A stretch of 64,000 nt of DNA from Bacillales bacterium UBA3789. Lineage in GTDB: Bacteria > Bacillota_I > Bacilli_A > RF39 > UBA660. The stretch covers positions 185,019 through 249,018 of the forward strand of contig DFEZ01000002.1 in NCBI GenBank assembly GCA_002369415.1. The letters run 5' to 3'. The notes under the pieces are model-generated. The model did no database searches, had not been told where the DNA came from, and was given only the letters and a program-made list of their open reading frames with translations. The position numbers were made by a program, and so were the translations under genes. Below are positions 1 through 8,900 of this stretch, one piece after another (positions within the stretch are counted from its first letter, which is position 1; every line of letters begins with the position of its first letter).

Positions 1-999
1 CAAACTGTTTGGTATGTAATTGGTTGGATTTTAGTAGTTATTTTATTAAAACTAAAGAATGAATACTTGTATAGAAATTCTTGGGTATTATATATACTTG
101 GAAATATATCCCTACTTGGTTTACTTCTATTTGCAGAGCCTATTAACAATAGTAGATGCTGGTATGTAATTCCTGGTATTGGTAGTATTCAACCTTCTGA
201 ATTTATGAAGATATTTATTATGATTACTCTAGCAACAATGATTCATAATTTTAGAATGAAATATGACAATCCAACTATGAAGGATGAATTTAAGTTTATA
301 CTTAGTACTTTGATTATTGTACTTATTCCATCTATTTTAACTTTCTTACAACCGGATACAGGAAGTGTAATTATTTATTTAACAATATATATTTCTATGC
401 TATTTATTAGTGGTATTAGATTTAGATGGTTTATTATAGGTGGTGTTTTATTAGTACTATTATTAGGTGGAATCTTTGGACTTTATTTCTTTAAAGAAAA
501 TATATTTATAAAAGTATTTGGAAGTTCAATTTACTATAGATTAGATAGAATATTTAATTGGAGTAATGGTTCTGGTTTACAGCTTGAAAATGCGCTTGCT
601 GCTATAGGATCAGCTGGATTATTTGGACATGGATTTAATAATACTCCAATCTATTTCCCAGAAGCATCTACTGATTTCATATTTGCAGTTTTTGCAAGTA
701 ACTTTGGTTTGGTTGGAGTAATTATTCTACTCGCAATCATTATCTTTTTAGATATCAATATAATTCTTTTATCTAGAAAGAAAATAGAAGACACTGATAA
801 ATATATTGTTTCTGGAATAATAGGAATGCTAATTTTTCAACAAATACAAAATATTGGAATGACTATTGGACTATTACCTATTATGGGTATTACTCTTCCA
901 TTTGTTTCTTATGGAGGAAGTAGTTTACTTTCATATATGTTACTTGTTGGAATACTACTTAATATTTCACAAAAGAAAAAAAGAACTTATAAATATTAA
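1..999 (+). CDS. SEDS family peptidoglycan polymerase (RodA/FtsW/SpoVE), 5' end outside window
   Basis: Frame is open from base 1; motifs IQPSEFMK, LQPDTGS, PEASTDFIFAV, GITLPFVSYGGSS; multiple TM helices. Confidence 0.92.
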   Translation, partial: QTVWYVIGWILVVILLKLKNEYLYRNSWVLYILGNISLLGLLLFAEPINNSRCWYVIPGIGSIQPSEFMKIFIMITLATMIHNFRMKYDNPTMKDEFKFILSTLIIVLIPSILTFLQPDTGSVIIYLTIYISMLFISGIRFRWFIIGGVLLVLLLGGIFGLYFFKENIFIKVFGSSIYYRLDRIFNWSNGSGLQLENALAAIGSAGLFGHGFNNTPIYFPEASTDFIFAVFASNFGLVGVIILLAIIIFLDINIILLSRKKIEDTDKYIVSGIIGMLIFQQIQNIGMTIGLLPIMGITLPFVSYGGSSLLSYMLLVGILLNISQKKKRTYKY

Positions 1000-1009
1000 G
1001 TTCTTTTTT
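976..1009. terminator. Bidirectional intrinsic terminator between convergent genes
   Basis: AAAAAAGAACTTA...TAAGTTCTTTTTT inverted repeat with A/T tracts on both sides. Confidence 0.7.
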
Positions 1010-2012
1010 ATTGTTTTAATACTTCTTCATATACTTCTCTTAGTTGTTTTCCTATTTTTTTGATATCTCTTTCTTCTGCAACTTTATAGGCTTTTTCACC
1101 AAGATTTGGTAATTCATTATTCATTATCTTTTTTATTTTGTCATAGAATTCATCTATATCTTTTGCTTTGTAAACATTAACTCCATCTTCAAGCCATCCT
1201 TCAAATACTGGTATGTCTCTTATGATTGCAGTTGCTTTGCATGCACATGCTTCAATAATTGGAATTCCTTCTGTTTCTTCAAATGTTGGGAACAAGTATA
1301 TATCACAACCATTCATAGCTTCAACTATTACTTCTTGTTCTACATACCCAGCAAACACTAAGTTATCTAGTTTTGTATTAACTGCTTCTCTTACTGCTTT
1401 TCCTGCTGCAGATAAAGGAGAATATCCAAACCAAATAAATTTATATTCAGGTAGTCGTTTTGCTAATTCTACAAAATCAACTATTCCTTTTCTTTCAATA
1501 TATAATCCTATTCCAACAATTACTTTATCATCTTCAGAATAGTTAAATCTTTCTCTAAATCTTTTTCTTGCATCTTTATCACATTTGAATTTATCTAATT
1601 CTATTCCATTTGAAATAGCATATATTTTTCTATCTATTCCATATCCTTCTAATAGTCTTTTTGAATATGGGGTTGGTGTAATAATAACATCTCCTAAACT
1701 ATAACACTTAATTAACCATTTTTTAAAAGCAGGAGATATTTGTTTGCAAAAAATAAAACCATTTTTAAAGTCTTCTTCTGTGGAGTGAGCATGATACACA
1801 ATTTTTTTGCCTTTTTTCTTTTCTATTTTTGCTAATGCAAAGGAGTTTGGGCCATAGAAATTAATATGTACTATATCAAAATCATCATCTTGTAAATCTG
1901 TAGTGTAATCGATTTTTTCATATTCTAAGGCTCTCATTTGATGTTTAATAGCTTTACCTAAACCACTTTTTGAAAATAATTTTTCACCCTCTGTATATAG
2001 TAAAACTTTCAT
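1008..2012 (-). CDS. GT4 glycosyltransferase, probably glycolipid (glucosyl-diacylglycerol) synthesis, CpoA-like
   Basis: SGLGKAIKHQ N-terminus, HAHSTEEDF, EETEGIPIIEA (EX7E) motif. Confidence 0.85.
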   Translation of the reverse strand: MKVLLYTEGEKLFSKSGLGKAIKHQMRALEYEKIDYTTDLQDDDFDIVHINFYGPNSFALAKIEKKKGKKIVYHAHSTEEDFKNGFIFCKQISPAFKKWLIKCYSLGDVIITPTPYSKRLLEGYGIDRKIYAISNGIELDKFKCDKDARKRFRERFNYSEDDKVIVGIGLYIERKGIVDFVELAKRLPEYKFIWFGYSPLSAAGKAVREAVNTKLDNLVFAGYVEQEVIVEAMNGCDIYLFPTFEETEGIPIIEACACKATAIIRDIPVFEGWLEDGVNVYKAKDIDEFYDKIKKIMNNELPNLGEKAYKVAEERDIKKIGKQLREVYEEVLKQ

Positions 2013-2075
2013 TTTCTCATCTCCATTATGATTATTATATCTTACGAATTAAAAAAAGACAAGTTATGTACTTGT

Positions 2076-2867
2076 CTATTGCTTTGTTCCACAGTTTCCG
2101 CAGAAATCTCCTCTTATTGGAGCTCCACACTTTTTACAGAATTTATTTTGATATCTAAATTTTCTATTAGCTTCTGCCATAAATTTTAATTTTTTTATTG
2201 AAATTACATATAAGAAAATTACAAATACTAAGAATACTATTAGTAAAATATTATAACCAGACATTATACAGAAATCATATATTCCATGTAGAACTGTTGG
2301 TATTAAAATACTTAGTATCATATTTTTTCTTTCTGATTCTTTATCTTTTCTTTCAGCATATTGTTTAGCAATACTTAAATAGTATCCCATGAATACTGCA
2401 TCACATGCATGAGCAGGTACTGCAGAAATTGCTCTTAAGATTGCTGTTGATAATTTAACATTTGACATTACATATAGAATGTTTTCTACAAAAGCAAATC
2501 CTAATGATACAAATATTGCATATACAATTATGTCATATATTTCATCAAATTCTTTATGATTATATCCTATGAATCTTACCATTATCCATTTACTTAATTC
2601 TTCTAATAATGCAACACCTATAAAAGCATAGAACACAACTTGAAGAAATGACATATCGGATAAATCTGAACCCATGAATGGAATGAATTTATCCATCAGC
2701 GCTGATAGTATTAGTACTAAAATACAAGATCCAAATCCGGATACAAACAGTATTAATAACAAGTGTAGTGGTTCTTTTGACTTATCTTTGTTATATACAA
2801 ATACTAGTATTAATATAACCGGTAATATAGCTAAGAAAAGCAACAAACCAATTTTTGTTAAATCCAT
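2076..2867 (-). CDS. PrsW family intramembrane metalloprotease with C-terminal zinc ribbon
   Basis: EELSK, GFAFVEN, PAH and LHGIYD motifs; C-terminal CKKC...CGNC; start moved to the ATG at 2867 behind a GGGTGA RBS. Confidence 0.88.
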   Translation of the reverse strand: MDLTKIGLLLFLAILPVILILVFVYNKDKSKEPLHLLLILFVSGFGSCILVLILSALMDKFIPFMGSDLSDMSFLQVVFYAFIGVALLEELSKWIMVRFIGYNHKEFDEIYDIIVYAIFVSLGFAFVENILYVMSNVKLSTAILRAISAVPAHACDAVFMGYYLSIAKQYAERKDKESERKNMILSILIPTVLHGIYDFCIMSGYNILLIVFLVFVIFLYVISIKKLKFMAEANRKFRYQNKFCKKCGAPIRGDFCGNCGTKQ

Positions 2868-2992
2868 TTCATCACCCACTTTTATCCTATAAATAAGTAT
2901 AACACGTTTTTTCTTATATTTCTTTTGTTTTGATTTAATTTCCCCAACTTTACACAAAAAAACTCAACCAATTGGCTGAGTTATTTTTATAA

Positions 2993-3069
2993 TGGTGTCC
3001 GCGAGGCGACTCGAACGCCTGACCGATCGCTTAGAAGGCGATTGCTCTATCCAGCTGAGCTACGCAGAC
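2993..3069 (-). tRNA. tRNA-Arg(UCU)
   Basis: Cloverleaf GTCTGCG...CGCGGAC-A-CCA, anticodon loop CT-TCT-AA, TTCGA T-loop. Confidence 0.96.
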
Positions 3070-3166
3070 ATGTTTCAACTGACAACTAAGATTATAATAC
3101 AAAAACCATTGAAAAACAAGTCTTTTTTAATAAAATAAAAAAAGAATATTCTTTTTTAGAATATTC

Positions 3167-3790
3167 TTAATTTAATTTGTTTCCGCATTTTTCGCAGAAT
3201 CCTGAGCCAGCTGGGTTACTTGCTCCACATTGTGGACAGAAGTTTCCTCCTGCTGCTGGTGCTGCAGGTGCAGCTGGAGCTGCTTTATTTGCAGCTAATG
3301 AGCCAAGAATTGGATCTTTCATTGGTTTTGGTCCAACGTATTCAGCTTTTCCAAATCCTAAGATTGGATAGAAAATTACATTTAAGAATAATAATCCAAT
3401 TCCAAATCCGGTATCTTTTCCAAATGATTGAGCAACACTAATACTTAAGATTACTGTATAGTAAATAGATGCTGCATAAGCTGCTAAAGATAGAAGTGAT
3501 CCTACTCCTTCAGCTACTCCACTAACCATTCCAACAACAAAAGAGATACCAAAGATAGCAAGTGGATAGAATTCCCAAATTCCAACTATTTTACATAAAA
3601 CCATGTCACTGTAAATTGGAATGATAGCTTTCCATCCTTCTTCTCCTGCTTTTGTAAAGATTTTCCATCTAGCAATAATAAGAATTACACCTACTATTAT
3701 ACCAATTACTATAATAAATCCTAATACTGCAATTAATCCAGCGATGATTCCTTCAGCTCCTGTTGGTTCATAATTGTAATTATATGTCAT
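3167..3790 (-). CDS. DUF5684-type membrane protein with C-terminal zinc ribbon
   Basis: WKIFTKAGEEGWKAIIPIY and SFGKDTGFGIGL motifs; Ala/Pro linker then CPQC...CEKC. Confidence 0.8.
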   Translation of the reverse strand: MTYNYNYEPTGAEGIIAGLIAVLGFIIVIGIIVGVILIIARWKIFTKAGEEGWKAIIPIYSDMVLCKIVGIWEFYPLAIFGISFVVGMVSGVAEGVGSLLSLAAYAASIYYTVILSISVAQSFGKDTGFGIGLLFLNVIFYPILGFGKAEYVGPKPMKDPILGSLAANKAAPAAPAAPAAGGNFCPQCGASNPAGSGFCEKCGNKLN

Positions 3791-3802
3791 TATTTCACCT
3801 CC

Positions 3803-5050
3803 TTATCCATTTATTTTTTCGATTGCCTTCATCAATCCTAATTTACCATATGGATATGTCAATGATCCTTGCATGTAAGCAATATATGGTTCTCTTATTG
3901 GACCATCACAAGAAAGTTCAATAGAAGATCCTTGAGTGAATGACCCACTTGCCATAATGATCTTATCTTCATATCCAGGCATATCTCCAGGTTCTACAGT
4001 AGCATTTGAATCTATTGCAGATCCTTCTTGTATGCCTCTAGTAAATTCTATAAGTTTATTTGGATCTCTAAATACAATGTTTTGAACAATATCTACTCTT
4101 TCATCATTATATTTAGGTTCCACTTCGTAGCCTAATTCTTCTAGTACTTTACTAGTAAGAACTGCTGTTTTTAAGGCACTTGCAACTACATTTGGTGCAA
4201 GATATATTCCTTGTAATATTAACTTGTTAATTCCTAAAGTTGGTCCTACTTCTCTACCTTCTCCAGGAAGTGTTAATCTTTCTCCACAAAGATTTATTAA
4301 ATCGTGTCTTCCTGCTATATAGGCACCATTTGGAGCAATTCCTCCACCTAAGTTCTTAATAAGTGATCCTACCATTACATCTGCTCCTACTTCAGTTGGT
4401 TCTTTATCACTTACAAATTCACAGTAACAGTTATCTACCATTACTATAACATTACTATCTATTTCCTTAATTAATTTAATTGCTTTCTCTACTTTATCTA
4501 TACTTATACTTTTTCTTGTAGAATAACCTTTACTTCTTTGAATTTCTACAACTTTAACTTTATGAGTAGTTAGATATTCTCTAATACTATTATAATCGAA
4601 ATCATCATTAATTAATTCAATTTGATCATATTTAATACCAAAACTAATTAATGAACTTGGATTTTCTTTTATTCCAATTACTTCGTCCAATGTATCATAT
4701 GGTTTTCCACTTATACTAAGTAATAAATCTCCAGGTCTTAATAATGAAAAGAAGCATACATTTAGTGCATGAGATCCTGATACAAATTGATTTCTTACAA
4801 TTGCATCTTCTGCTCCTAAAACATCTTTAAATATATGTTCAATTGTTTCTCTTCCAAAATCATTATAACCGTATCCAGTTGTTTCATTAAAACATGATTC
4901 TGTTACTCCATTTTTATGAAAAGCACTTAATACTTTTAGACTGTTTTTTTCACAGGATTTATCTATTTTATTAAATACTTCTTTTACCTCTTCTTCACAT
5001 TTATTTACTAATTCAATTGTTTTATTACTAATTCCTAATAATTCATACAT
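3803..5050 (-). CDS. Methionine gamma-lyase family / aluminium resistance protein (YnbB-like, PLP enzyme)
   Basis: TTGYGYNDFGRE, QRSKGY, VDNCYCEF, GSLIKNLGGG, FTQGSSIELSCDGP; start set at 5050 just past the upstream stop. Confidence 0.88.
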   Translation of the reverse strand: MYELLGISNKTIELVNKCEEEVKEVFNKIDKSCEKNSLKVLSAFHKNGVTESCFNETTGYGYNDFGRETIEHIFKDVLGAEDAIVRNQFVSGSHALNVCFFSLLRPGDLLLSISGKPYDTLDEVIGIKENPSSLISFGIKYDQIELINDDFDYNSIREYLTTHKVKVVEIQRSKGYSTRKSISIDKVEKAIKLIKEIDSNVIVMVDNCYCEFVSDKEPTEVGADVMVGSLIKNLGGGIAPNGAYIAGRHDLINLCGERLTLPGEGREVGPTLGINKLILQGIYLAPNVVASALKTAVLTSKVLEELGYEVEPKYNDERVDIVQNIVFRDPNKLIEFTRGIQEGSAIDSNATVEPGDMPGYEDKIIMASGSFTQGSSIELSCDGPIREPYIAYMQGSLTYPYGKLGLMKAIEKING

Positions 5051-5051
5051 T

Positions 5052-5789
5052 TTAATAACTGCCTCCATCTACTCTGATTATTGAATCATTTACATAATTT
5101 GCTTTTGAACTTGCTAAAAAGACTATTACTTTACTAATCTCTTCTGGTTCAGCAAATCTTCCTAATAATATTTTTTTCTTTTCTTCTACAATTTGTTCTA
5201 TACTTAAATCTTTATTCATATCTGTTTTAGTCCATCCAGGACATACACAATTTACTGTGATAAATGGAGCAAATTCTCTTGCTAGATTGTGAGTTAATGA
5301 TATAACTCCTGCCTTAGATGCATCATAGTCACAACTTTCTGGATAGAATGTATCTATTGCGTTAGTAGATGCAATATTAATAATTTTTCCTTTTTTGGCA
5401 TTTAACATTACTTTTCCTACATATTTACTACATAGATATGTTCCAATTAAATTTACATCTAAAATTCTTTGGAATTCTTTAATGTTTTTATCTAGTAATA
5501 AGCTATCTCTACTTACTCCTGCATTATTTACTAAGATATCTATTCCACCGAATCTATCTACTATTTCATTAACCATTTGCTCTACTTCTTCTTCTTTTGA
5601 AACATCACACTTTACTGTCATAACATTTACATTATATGTTTCACTAATATACTTTTCTAATTTTTCTGCTTCTGCTTTATGATGACAATAGTTAATGACA
5701 ACATCTACTCCTGCTTTAGCAAATTCTTCAATACAGCTTTTTCCTATTCCCCTATTGCTTCCTGTTACTAAGGCAACTATTCTTTTCAT
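5052..5789 (-). CDS. SDR family oxidoreductase, FabG-like
   Basis: TGSNRGIG, LVNNAG, YDASK catalytic motif, VDGG C-terminus. Confidence 0.9.
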   Translation of the reverse strand: MKRIVALVTGSNRGIGKSCIEEFAKAGVDVVINYCHHKAEAEKLEKYISETYNVNVMTVKCDVSKEEEVEQMVNEIVDRFGGIDILVNNAGVSRDSLLLDKNIKEFQRILDVNLIGTYLCSKYVGKVMLNAKKGKIINIASTNAIDTFYPESCDYDASKAGVISLTHNLAREFAPFITVNCVCPGWTKTDMNKDLSIEQIVEEKKKILLGRFAEPEEISKVIVFLASSKANYVNDSIIRVDGGSY

Positions 5790-5810
5790 TTTATCACTCC
5801 ATTTTTATTT

Positions 5811-6242
5811 TTATTCCATTGAAGATAAATTATAATTTTCTAAATATCCTTCCAATTCACTTTTATTATTAATGTTAACCAAACTAGAACGTAATTTTCC
5901 TTTTTCAACGATCATTACTGTTGGTTCAACAATATCATTTCTAGATATTTCTAATTTATGTATTATTGTACCATAATATCTTTCGGAATCCGTCTTTACT
6001 TCTTCAAATTTAATATTATTATCTTTTAGAATTTCTTTTGTTTCTTTACAATAATCACATTCTGTCTTTGTGAATAGAATTACAAATGATTCTTCTTTAT
6101 CAACTTTTTCTATAATCTTAGTTTCTACTCTTCCAAATTTTGTCATAAAAACTGCAAGTCCTGGAATAAAGAATAATATAAAGATAAATATTCCTAAAAG
6201 AATTTTATTTCTTAAACTTCTTATTTCATCTTCTGCTTCCAT
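5811..6242 (-). CDS. Membrane-anchored thioredoxin/glutaredoxin-fold protein
   Basis: N-terminal TM helix, CDYC motif, VEPT cis-Pro loop; its ATG overlaps the upstream stop. Confidence 0.7.
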   Translation of the reverse strand: MEAEDEIRSLRNKILLGIFIFILFFIPGLAVFMTKFGRVETKIIEKVDKEESFVILFTKTECDYCKETKEILKDNNIKFEEVKTDSERYYGTIIHKLEISRNDIVEPTVMIVEKGKLRSSLVNINNKSELEGYLENYNLSSME

Positions 6243-8554
6243 TATATCCCTCTTCCTTTAGCGGTTACTGTTTGATCTTCAGATTCTTGTTTTTTCTTGT
6301 CTTCAAGTTCTTGTTTTTTTGCTGCAAACTGCTTTTTAGTCCAACCAAATACTGGATGGAATGTATCATTTTCAGTAACCATGTTTTCACCTAATTCATT
6401 AAGATAGGATTCTCTTTCCACAATTTCAACTACAGATAATCTTAAAATTCCACAACTATTCTTTAAAGTTGGTAAAACCTTTTTACCATTTAAATAACTT
6501 AATACTGATAATAAATGTTTTTTATCACAAATAATAACTAATGGTAAAAGGTATTCATCTCCATAATGTTTTTTTACAAATATAATTGTGTCTTCTAATT
6601 CACTTGCTTTTTTTCTAAAGATTGTTCCTGTTATTTCAATATTATATTTAATACATAATTCTAATATTTTTCTAACTTCATTTGGTTTTTTATTGAATGC
6701 ATTTGGTGCTGGTTTTTGATGAAGAAGTTCCATATAAATATTATTAATATCCTCAATCTCTTTAGGAGTTCTTTTAAATACTGATCCTTTAGGTGGTATT
6801 CCTAATTCATTACATTTATTAACAATATCTATAAACTCTTTAGGTTCTTTTCTAAATGTACTTCCTGTTACAGGAATGTTATTTTCTCTACATATTAATA
6901 TTATTTCTTCTACTTCTTCAGGATGTCTTTTAAACATAGATTCACAATAATCTTCTCCATATTTTTCACAAATATCCATTATATCTTCTATTTCATCTTT
7001 TGTTCTAAAAAGCATAGAAGCTGTTAAAGTAAGATTATTACCTTTACAATAATCGATTATATCTTGTAACTCACTAGAAGTTCTTTGAAAGAATGCTCCT
7101 GTGACTTTAATATTATTTGCCCTACATATATGAATAATCTTAATTATTTCTTGTGGAGGTTGTGAGAACATATTACCTGATAGTTCTACTCCTTCTATTT
7201 GACAAATACTAATAATATTCTTTATTTCTTCTGGTGATTTCATTAGAGCTGATGCAGTAAATGGAATATTGTTTCTTTTAAATATTGTATATACTTGATC
7301 TAACACTTGAGGAGATCTTTGAAAGATTCCACCAGTAATTGGTATTTTTTTCTTTCTACACATATCAACTATTTTCTTTACTTCATCTGGTGTTCTATGA
7401 AACATTGTTATTTCTAGTTTTATTTTTTCATCTTTACAATATAGTACAATATCTTCTATTTCTTTAGCAGTTCTATAAAAGATTGTTCCTTCTTTTTTTA
7501 ATCCGTATTTTTCACATACTTTGAAGGCTTCTTTTAGTTCTTCTACTCCTTTTTTAAAGAAACTTCCTGTTATATCTTTTATTCCTTCTGATTGACATAA
7601 GTCTATTATTTTTTCTACTTCATGTGAATCTTTAGAGAACATTGAATTATTTAATTCTACATGTTTTCTATTACATACTTCTATTATTCTTCTTATTTCT
7701 TCTGGTGTTGTTCTAAACATAGAAAGTGTTAATTCTAAATCAAATTCATCACATATTTCTAATAAATCATTTACATATCCAGGATCTTTTCTAAATACTA
7801 CTCCTGAAACATCTAAATTGTTTTCTCTACAACTTTCTACTATTCCTTTAAATGATTCTAATGAGCAAGAAAACATACTATTAGCAATTGTAATATTATT
7901 TTCTAATGCATATTCATATAATTCTCTTAATGTATCACTATTTTTATGGAATAGACTTCCTGTAATATTTATATTATGTTCTTTAGCAAATCTTATTATT
8001 TTTTTTACTTCCACAGGAGGTTGTTTAAAAATAGTACTTGTTATCTTTACTCCATTATCTAAACATATACCAATGATTTCTCCTATTTCAGATACTGCTC
8101 TATTAGTTATACATGCTCCTAACAAAGTTTCATTATCTAAGTATTTACCATAATGTTCTTTTATTGTTTCTATTCTTTCTTTTGGTATTCTTAATATTGT
8201 TGTATTTCTATTTATACATTCTGCTCCAAAGGTACTTTCTACATAATTATATGTATCAACAAGATCTTCTGTATCCATAGATAATATATGTAGACAGGAA
8301 TCTAAGTTATAACTATATATATCTTTTTGACTTAAAAAATTATAATTTGCTTTTACTGATGATACTTTTCTATATAAAACACTTGGGCATTTTTCTATAT
8401 TTTTTGGGCTGATGTTTAATTCATTAATTAAGTAATCTAATATATAATCCACTTCATAATATCTTGCTTTTTCATCTAGTTGAGATAGTCTTTCTTTTGA
8501 AAAAGATAGATTATATTTCTTTAATACTTTTCTTAATTCTAGGCTATTATTCAT
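6242..8554 (-). CDS. Tandem 26-aa repeat alpha-solenoid protein, mTERF-like, function unknown
   Basis: 770 aa; 19 consecutive 26-27 aa repeats (aa 171-666); N-terminal part has mTERF-like units such as NIEKCPSVLYRK...NYNFL; no signal peptide or TM. Confidence 0.75.
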   Translation of the reverse strand: MNNSLELRKVLKKYNLSFSKERLSQLDEKARYYEVDYILDYLINELNISPKNIEKCPSVLYRKVSSVKANYNFLSQKDIYSYNLDSCLHILSMDTEDLVDTYNYVESTFGAECINRNTTILRIPKERIETIKEHYGKYLDNETLLGACITNRAVSEIGEIIGICLDNGVKITSTIFKQPPVEVKKIIRFAKEHNINITGSLFHKNSDTLRELYEYALENNITIANSMFSCSLESFKGIVESCRENNLDVSGVVFRKDPGYVNDLLEICDEFDLELTLSMFRTTPEEIRRIIEVCNRKHVELNNSMFSKDSHEVEKIIDLCQSEGIKDITGSFFKKGVEELKEAFKVCEKYGLKKEGTIFYRTAKEIEDIVLYCKDEKIKLEITMFHRTPDEVKKIVDMCRKKKIPITGGIFQRSPQVLDQVYTIFKRNNIPFTASALMKSPEEIKNIISICQIEGVELSGNMFSQPPQEIIKIIHICRANNIKVTGAFFQRTSSELQDIIDYCKGNNLTLTASMLFRTKDEIEDIMDICEKYGEDYCESMFKRHPEEVEEIILICRENNIPVTGSTFRKEPKEFIDIVNKCNELGIPPKGSVFKRTPKEIEDINNIYMELLHQKPAPNAFNKKPNEVRKILELCIKYNIEITGTIFRKKASELEDTIIFVKKHYGDEYLLPLVIICDKKHLLSVLSYLNGKKVLPTLKNSCGILRLSVVEIVERESYLNELGENMVTENDTFHPVFGWTKKQFAAKKQELEDKKKQESEDQTVTAKGRGI
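6557..8044 (-). repeat. 19 x 78-bp (26-aa) degenerate coding repeat array
   Basis: Consensus [IVL]TGS[MI]Fx[RK][ST]PEE[IV]xxII-x-x-Cxxxx[IL]x, read directly from the translation. Confidence 0.9.
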
Positions 8555-8822
8555 CTACACTACTCCATAGATTAAAGTCATTAGATAATTCTTCTAAATA
8601 GTTATCTCCTAAACTATTTATTAGTTCATCTACTTTTTCTTTAAAAATATCTCTTTCTTGTAGAAACATATATGGATATAGTTCGATTACATTTAAAACA
8701 TCTTCTATACCTAAATTATATAGATATTTCATGTTTGCTTTTAATTCATCTATGTTATCACTTATTTCATAGATTGAACTGTTACCATATATCTCTCTAA
8801 TCTTTTCTAAATCTATTTCCAT
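8547..8822 (-). CDS. Small acidic mTERF-like helical protein
   Basis: NMKYLYNLGIEDVLNVIELYPYMF resembles an mTERF unit; overlaps the start of the 770-aa gene by 8 nt. Confidence 0.55.
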   Translation of the reverse strand: MEIDLEKIREIYGNSSIYEISDNIDELKANMKYLYNLGIEDVLNVIELYPYMFLQERDIFKEKVDELINSLGDNYLEELSNDFNLWSSVDE

Positions 8823-8874
8823 GATATACACCAACCTATAATAATTTTACTATAAAAAGCAAATTCTTACAATT

Positions 8875-8900
8875 AAAAAAAGGATTATAATAATCCTTTT
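8875..8900 (-). terminator. Intrinsic terminator after ileS
   Basis: AAAAGGATTA-TAA-TAATCCTTTT hairpin with U-tract on the minus strand. Confidence 0.65.

Noticed and set aside
6557-8044. Repeat array as a true TALE or as DNA-level identical repeats
   Set aside because: Units are 26 aa, not 33-35, lack the TALE consensus and are highly diverged at DNA level; only the design analogy is retained
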